Part shown: positions 58,151-64,000 of the stretch, one piece after another
Layout of the letters: the number at the start of each line of letters is the position of its first letter
How positions within the stretch are numbered: the stretch's first letter is position 1
The notes under the pieces: model-generated
What the model saw: only the letters and a program-made list of their open reading frames with translations
The model's database searches: none
What the model was told of the DNA's origin: nothing
Position numbers and translations under genes: made by a program
Assembly: GCA_039621445.1 (NCBI GenBank)
Contig: CP154954.1
Location: forward strand, 43,565,847 to 43,629,846
Reading direction: 5' to 3'
Origin: Euglena gracilis
Taxonomy: Eukaryota
DNA: 64,000 nt

Positions 58151-60447
58151 GTACTCCCGGGAAGTCTGACCAGGGAGGAAGTGACCATGAGGGCGGAGCA
58201 CAAGAGGGGGGTGAGCCCACCCAATGCACCCGAAAAAGGAAAGCAGCATCCTCCTCCAGGAGGGGGGGGCAAAAACGTCCCTACACACAGGCCGGGGAGC
58301 CCTGCGGTTCACCTTCGCCAAGTCGCTGTCGGAGAGCACATCATCACAAACTCCGGCACCAAAGTCGCAGTAAGAAGCTTGGGGGGCGGGCTCACAATGT
58401 CTTTGTGCTTCGCCCTCGGTGTCCCTTCCTCCCTTCTCGGTCTGCCTCGAGGGAGTGCGAAATTGCCTGTTACACACTTCCTGCTGGTCTGTGCCTGGGC
58501 CGGCCGAGGCGGGAAACCACGACTCTGCCGAAAAGAGGGAAGGGACACCCCACCCCAAGAAGAAGAGACGAGGCGGAAATTGAAGCGGGGTGGGCTTGGG
58601 CGGCGCGGGCCGCTTTTGTGCCGCTTTTTTTTGTCTTTATTTCAAAAATCTGATGAAGTTGCCTGGCCCTCGGTGGTTTCGCACTGTGCGCAGCAAAAAA
58701 AAAGTCCGTCCGTGCCGATAAGACTTTCGCCGACACTCAGCACAACAGGGAGGAATCTTTCACTTTCTTTCCCTTTTCTCCTGGAGTTTGGTGCGCTCCT
58801 GGGTCCGGTGCTTTTTTTTAATAAAAAAAAAGTGATGCAAACTGGAATAATAATAATAACAAAAACAATTGGCATAAAAAAAGGGCAAGGAAAAAAAACA
58901 ACGACAGAAGGGGGGAAATCATCATTTTTTTCAACTTCCCAATGAATTAATTGCACAAAAAAAAATATTTTCACTGGATCAGTTTTTGGTCGGCCAAAGG
59001 CCGGACCGGAAAATTTTTTCTGCATTTTTGGCCGATTTTGGCTGGATTTTGGGTTTTAGATTTTGGGGTTGCGGGTGGTTGGTGGGTTTTCAAAAAAAAT
59101 GTGGGTGGGTGGGTTTGGGCCTGGGAAAAAGTGCCCCCCCCCACGCCCCGGGTGTCAGGGAGGGAGGCCTTCCAGCCTTCCGGGATCCAGCCAACCTTCC
59201 TTCCAACCCCACCATCAATGAGTTCTTTTCCAGCTGCCCAAATGGATGTATTGTATTTATTTTGCATTCGGAGGTGAAAATATGGGCCAAAATAGGTTGA
59301 CAGACGAAGGTTTTTGGCCAATTTTGTGGTTTGGATTTTGGGATGAAGAAAGGTTCAGCAATGGTGCACCCCCCTGGGGGAGGCCTGGGGAGGGGGTCAC
59401 ACAGGTGTCAAGTGAATATGATCCCTTCCCCAAAAAAATTTCTTTGCCTGTACCCTGGTTGCAATTGCACATTTGAACGCAAGACAGGCTCAAAATACAA
59501 ACCCAAAATCTGCTCACAGAGTGCAATCCATGTGGACACGCTGGCCATGAGGGTTGTGAAAACAGAGAAATGGGACAACGTGAGAAAGCAGGGGACAAAA
59601 CCAAAGGCCGAATGGGGTCAAATTTGCAATCATTCTTGGATGCAGAAAACAGTGTGCCCACCGCAGCCAAATCAACTCTAAAACCTCCTCGGGGTTGGAG
59701 TTGAATTGAATGAAATTCAAGTTGTCCCACATTGACCAGAGCTGCAAAGTTCATGCCCACCGGAGTGCTGATGAGCACTAGGCACGAAGCCAGCTTCGGG
59801 ATGCGACAAAACGAGTTATTCTTTGTGCTCCTGTGCCCAAGCGGAATTTGCACTGCACAATGCAGAGCGACTGTTCATTAATCCCATCCAAGGAAACAAC
59901 CAAGCTCCCTTTCATCTTTGATTTCAGAAACCCCCCCAAATGGCCCCCTTTCTAAAAAAAAATTGGAGGGGGTTTCAGGAAGGGGGTCAGGCAATCAGGG
60001 GGAGGAGGTCTGAAGATTGGGGGGTCAAGCATGAAAAATGACAAATTTGACCATTGGTTGTGATTTTGGGGGCCCAACCATGCAAAAAAATGACAAATTT
60101 GGCCAAGGTGGTGAAATCCATTATTTTTCTGAAATTGTTCAAAAATTGCCCCATTTTCGGCTTTTTTGAGCCATGTTTGTACAGTTCCAAAAGAATAAAA
60201 GAATCCCCCCCCCCCCGGCTGACCTGGTCGGTTCTCGATTTGGAGGGTCAGGATTCTTTTCGCGGGGACATTTTCTCAACTAAAAATCACAAAAATGGAT
60301 CAAATTGGTGCAGAAAATATAAAATATGCCAAAAAAAGCACCCAATTTTCAGAAAAGCCCAAAAATGCCAAAAAAGTGACCATTGGAGCCTGTGGAGGGG
60401 TTTTCTGGTCGAAATTTGACTTCGAAATTTTTGCCCAAATAATAAAC

Positions 60448-60903
60448 GGTACTTGTCTGTTATCGTACGACATACCCCCCCCCTTTCGGTTATGGTACGA
60501 CGCCCTGTGAACGGCCAGAATGCTTTCCCTTGGGGTCTGTTTCAGCCCTTTCGGGTGGTTTCTGGGGTTATTTGAAGGGGGATAGGGTTAGGGTTGCGAA
60601 TATGGCCCTGCCGTACCCCTTGGAACACACAAGGGGAAACCCAAAGGCGGCAGACTGGCAGGGAGAAAGAAAGATAAAGCCCGCCGACCTTCCGGCCCCA
60701 AAGGGGGGGATTTGCCATCCTGAACAGGGCATTTTGCCCAAATTTGGCCGGATTCGGAAAAAGGGCTGAAACTTCACCAGGATGGGTCCTTACCCTAACC
60801 CCACTCCTCCCAATAACCCTACATAGGCACCGGAGGAGGAAATGAGGGCGTCGTACCATAACCAAAAGGGGGGGGGTATGTCGTACGATAACAGACAAGT
60901 ACC
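60448..60903. mobile_element. 456-bp MITE, Merlin-like
   Basis: 59-bp TIRs starting GGTAC (60448-60506, 60845-60903), 8-bp TSD TAATAAAC, empty site at 50466-50473. Confidence 0.92.
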
Positions 60904-62357
60904 TAATAAACCCCCCTGGACCCCGACTTCGGGTGTCCAAATAATAAATCGGGGGGGGGGGTATTATTTGGGGGGGGTTCAGGTGGGGATATATCATGGG
61001 GCAGGATATTGGGGGGGTCAATTTAGGGGGACAAAAAAACTTTGGTCCCCAAAAAAAGTGGAAACCAACCCCTCCCCGGACTCACCCAAACCCTCCTCCA
61101 GGTGACCAACTTCTTTTTGGACAATGGCACAAATAAATAAATAAATTCCTTCTTGGTTGGGGAGTAGGAGCAAGGTGGGAATTATTGACAAGGAGGTTGT
61201 GGTCCACTGGGTGATGGCCAACCAACCTGAGCAGTTGAGGGTGAGGAGACCTTTTCCACTGATGCTGTTGCATGAAGGCTTCCGAGGTTCGCAATTTACA
61301 AGTCAGGTGAAGAGGTCAACAAACAACAGGTCTAGACAAAGGTCAAGTTGGCAATTAACGAACCGAATGGTAGAAGGGCATCGTGTACATCTCAGGGGCC
61401 ATATATGGTGGATACTGAGGGGAGTAGAGACCGCACTCAGGAGGATAAGGCATTTGTGGAAACACTGGGCATTGAGGTCAGGGCTGTATGAGATGGTTCG
61501 ATCAGCAAGGAAATTTTCACCTGAAATTTGGTACAAGGGGTGGGATCCACCCACCACCAACGTTGGGGGTTCTCATTCAGCCGTGTTTGAGGTTGAGGAT
61601 ATGCGCGGTGACCAAAAAAGTAAGGGTCCTGGACAGGCTGAATGCCACTTTTGGTGACGGCAACTTGTGCAGGAGCACATCCACTTCAAACCAGGAACAA
61701 CCCCCACGTGAACCCTCCAGATGTTCAAATACCCTTTGACACAGGAAATGCAGGAAAAAGGCCATACTTTCCGACTGCAGCAAAATTGGGGGAAAAATTG
61801 GCCTTGCACAAAAAAGCCTTGGTGAGTTCGGTTCACAAAAAAACATTGGTTGGATCTCTTTGAAGACCTTGGGGGTTGGACTGGCTGCACCTGAGCTGGG
61901 GACAGTTGCCCAAAAAAAATGACCTGCATGGCGTTGCAAAATGAGCAGCTGACAAACCCCTCAAGAGCCCCAAAACCATTTTTGGTCATTTTTGAACAGG
62001 GCTGGATGGGAGGGTCTATCCTTGGAATTATTAGAAAGACCGGTTCAGCCTGGTAATGAAGGGGACCCAGAATGGATGGAGGAGGAGGCCTCTGGCAAGA
62101 TGATGCTTGGAACCTTGCTTTTTAAGATTTATTCAAATGCTTATGCCTTGCAAAATTCGAACAATTTGACTGCCTGCAGATGAGTATTCCTGTGTGGGAA
62201 TTCTGCCTGAACTCATTCCCCATTCAACCAAGTTTTCGACATGGGATTTCTTTGGGTTTCAGAATTAGCAAATCAGAAATCAGAACAATACTCTGGACGT
62301 CATAAACAACGTTATTAACATGGTTGTGATATTTTGAAATTTTCAACTGGTAGGAGT

Positions 62358-63487
62358 TTAAATTGCTGGACTGAGGTCCACAAATAAAGATTCCCACCAA
62401 GCCTTGATAAGAAGCCCCCAAAAAAAAACAACAGAAATTTCAGGTAAAAAAAGATACTTCCAAGAACCACATTGTGCTGCATTCTTGTGCTTGATATTGA
62501 GACTGCTGTGCTGGGCATGATTCCAACACATAAGGGGCCGAAGTAGAAGAGTACGGGGAGTGAGTATATTGACCTGTTGTGGTCTCAGTTTTGGTCGTCG
62601 ATTCGAGGGCTTTTTCGGGCTCCTCGGGTTGCACTGCTTCCTTCTGGTCCTCGTTGTCGAATGGGACTGGCATGAAGTTGGGGAAGTGCCCCAGTGCATA
62701 AAACTGGCGCTCAGGAGACCTGCAAAGTTTGAGTGTAAAGAGGGAAGGAGCCACACAAGGAGCAAAACACACGAGCTGTTGCACGCGGTATTAATCGCAC
62801 TGCTGTTAACGGAATAAGTTCGCATTTCTTTGGTGCCATGTGCAAATAAGCACCGTGGACCATAGGGACACTTCTCTTGCTGCTGCCAATTCTTGCACAA
62901 CTTTGTCTTATATCGAACGGGGTCAAGGGCAGTGTTGTCCTGGTATGCGAGCGTTGAAAAAAATGTTGACAGAAAGCAGCCAACCTCTGAGCTCTTATCC
63001 TTGCTCTTCTTTCGCTTCGATCTCCTCAATTTCCCAAAGTCTGATTTTCCACCATCCACCATGTCAACTGCAACAACTTCGATCTCTGGTGTTGTTAACA
63101 CTCCATCTGGTGGGTCATTGCAAACTGGGGCCTTCGCGGAATAAAAATGAAAAATGAAGATTATTGAAAACAAAAACCTGGGCCACACTGGAAGTTGTTG
63201 ATGTGCAGGACGACACTGCGAAATCCTAAAACGTTCAAATCGGCAACGAATCCAGAAAGACAGACTAACCTCACTTTGGTTGGACTTGGGGGAATCCAGC
63301 TCAGATTCAACTTTGGCTGGCCGCCTAAGATTTTCGAATTTCTTGGTCAACGACGTGACAGCTGCGGCTTCCTTGTGTCCCTTATGGCGAACAAAAACTC
63401 CTGGAAACCTAAAAAAAATTAATTAAATATTAGGGGGAGGAAAGAGAAATACTTTGCCTTCTCGGCCTCACAACCAGATTGCTCCAT
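62358..63487 (-). CDS. Host CCCH zinc-finger (TTP/ZFP36-type finger) RNA-binding protein, ~264 aa, 6 predicted exons
   Basis: YKTKLCKNWQQQEKCPYGPRCLFAHG. Phase-consistent GT-AG model: 63487-63453, 63408-63270, 63131-62985, 62939-62773, 62719-62458, 62402-62358. First and last exons are less certain. Confidence 0.85.
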
Positions 63488-64000
63488 CCACAAACGGGTG
63501 GAGACCCTAATTCGGAATCGCGGGCGTCACCACAGGGACTACATTTTGGAGCAATGGGCTTCTTTTTCAATCTCAATTTCTGCCAATAGCAAATAAAACT
63601 AAACTAAAACTAAAGCTCAACTGAATTAGCACCACTGCTGCTGAACAAAGCAACGCATGATCAAGCTTCGGAAATTCCCTTTAACGAATGACGAGTGGGG
63701 GGGGACAATGGGAGCACAAAAGGAAAGGCGCCGCCCATGAAAGTTTTAAAAAAAATATCCTGTGCCTGCCGTGTGACGCGTGTGATGACAAGAATCTTCA
63801 TGTGAAATGTCTTTATTGCAGTCTTAGTTTAACACACCATATCTAATTTTGGCCGTAACTCCTGGGTGGACAGAAAGAAAATGGACATTTTTCTCATTAT
63901 CAACACAAAAGTGTTGCGATGAGTAAAAAGGTTGAACAGCATCCCAATGGTCAAGTGGTGATACAGTTTTTGCAGCCTGGTGAAGCTGGGTTGGACCAAA

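Larger units (their letters stand above)
40574..61086. repeat. ~10-kb tandem direct duplication (40574-50648 and 50650-61086)
   Basis: Near-identical sequence throughout; the junction near 50649 re-enters the RT of B. Confidence 0.93.

Noticed and set aside
61090-62350. Short overlapping ORFs downstream of the CCCH gene
   Set aside because: No recognisable domain or consistent splice model.

Overview
Eukaryotic genomic DNA, about 95% transposon-derived. Positions 1733-47255 are a nest of Ty3/Gypsy chromodomain LTR retrotransposons. The outer element 'B' (+ strand) appears circularly permuted with a single LTR. It contains a non-autonomous LTR element 'D' (2326-5437), a solo LTR (5520-5840) and a related full-length element 'A' (9226-39045). 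A contains a younger 16.8-kb element 'C' on the - strand (14970-31809). A and B encode a Dam-like N6-adenine methyltransferase and a C5-cytosine methyltransferase in tandem between gag and protease, in the pol frame. C encodes a Dam-like domain between protease and RT, plus about 5 kb of extra 3' ORFs. Both nested insertions (A into B, C into A) hit the same codon of the recipient's cytosine methyltransferase. In all three elements gag ends at a stop in frame with pol, suggesting readthrough. 40574-61086 is a ~10-kb tandem duplication, either real or a haplotype artefact, carrying a DIRS-type tyrosine recombinase fragment and, in copy 2 only, a Merlin-like MITE. The only clear host gene is a spliced CCCH zinc-finger gene on the - strand (62358-63487). 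Domain calls come from motifs recognised by eye; no database searches were run and the host organism was not identified.
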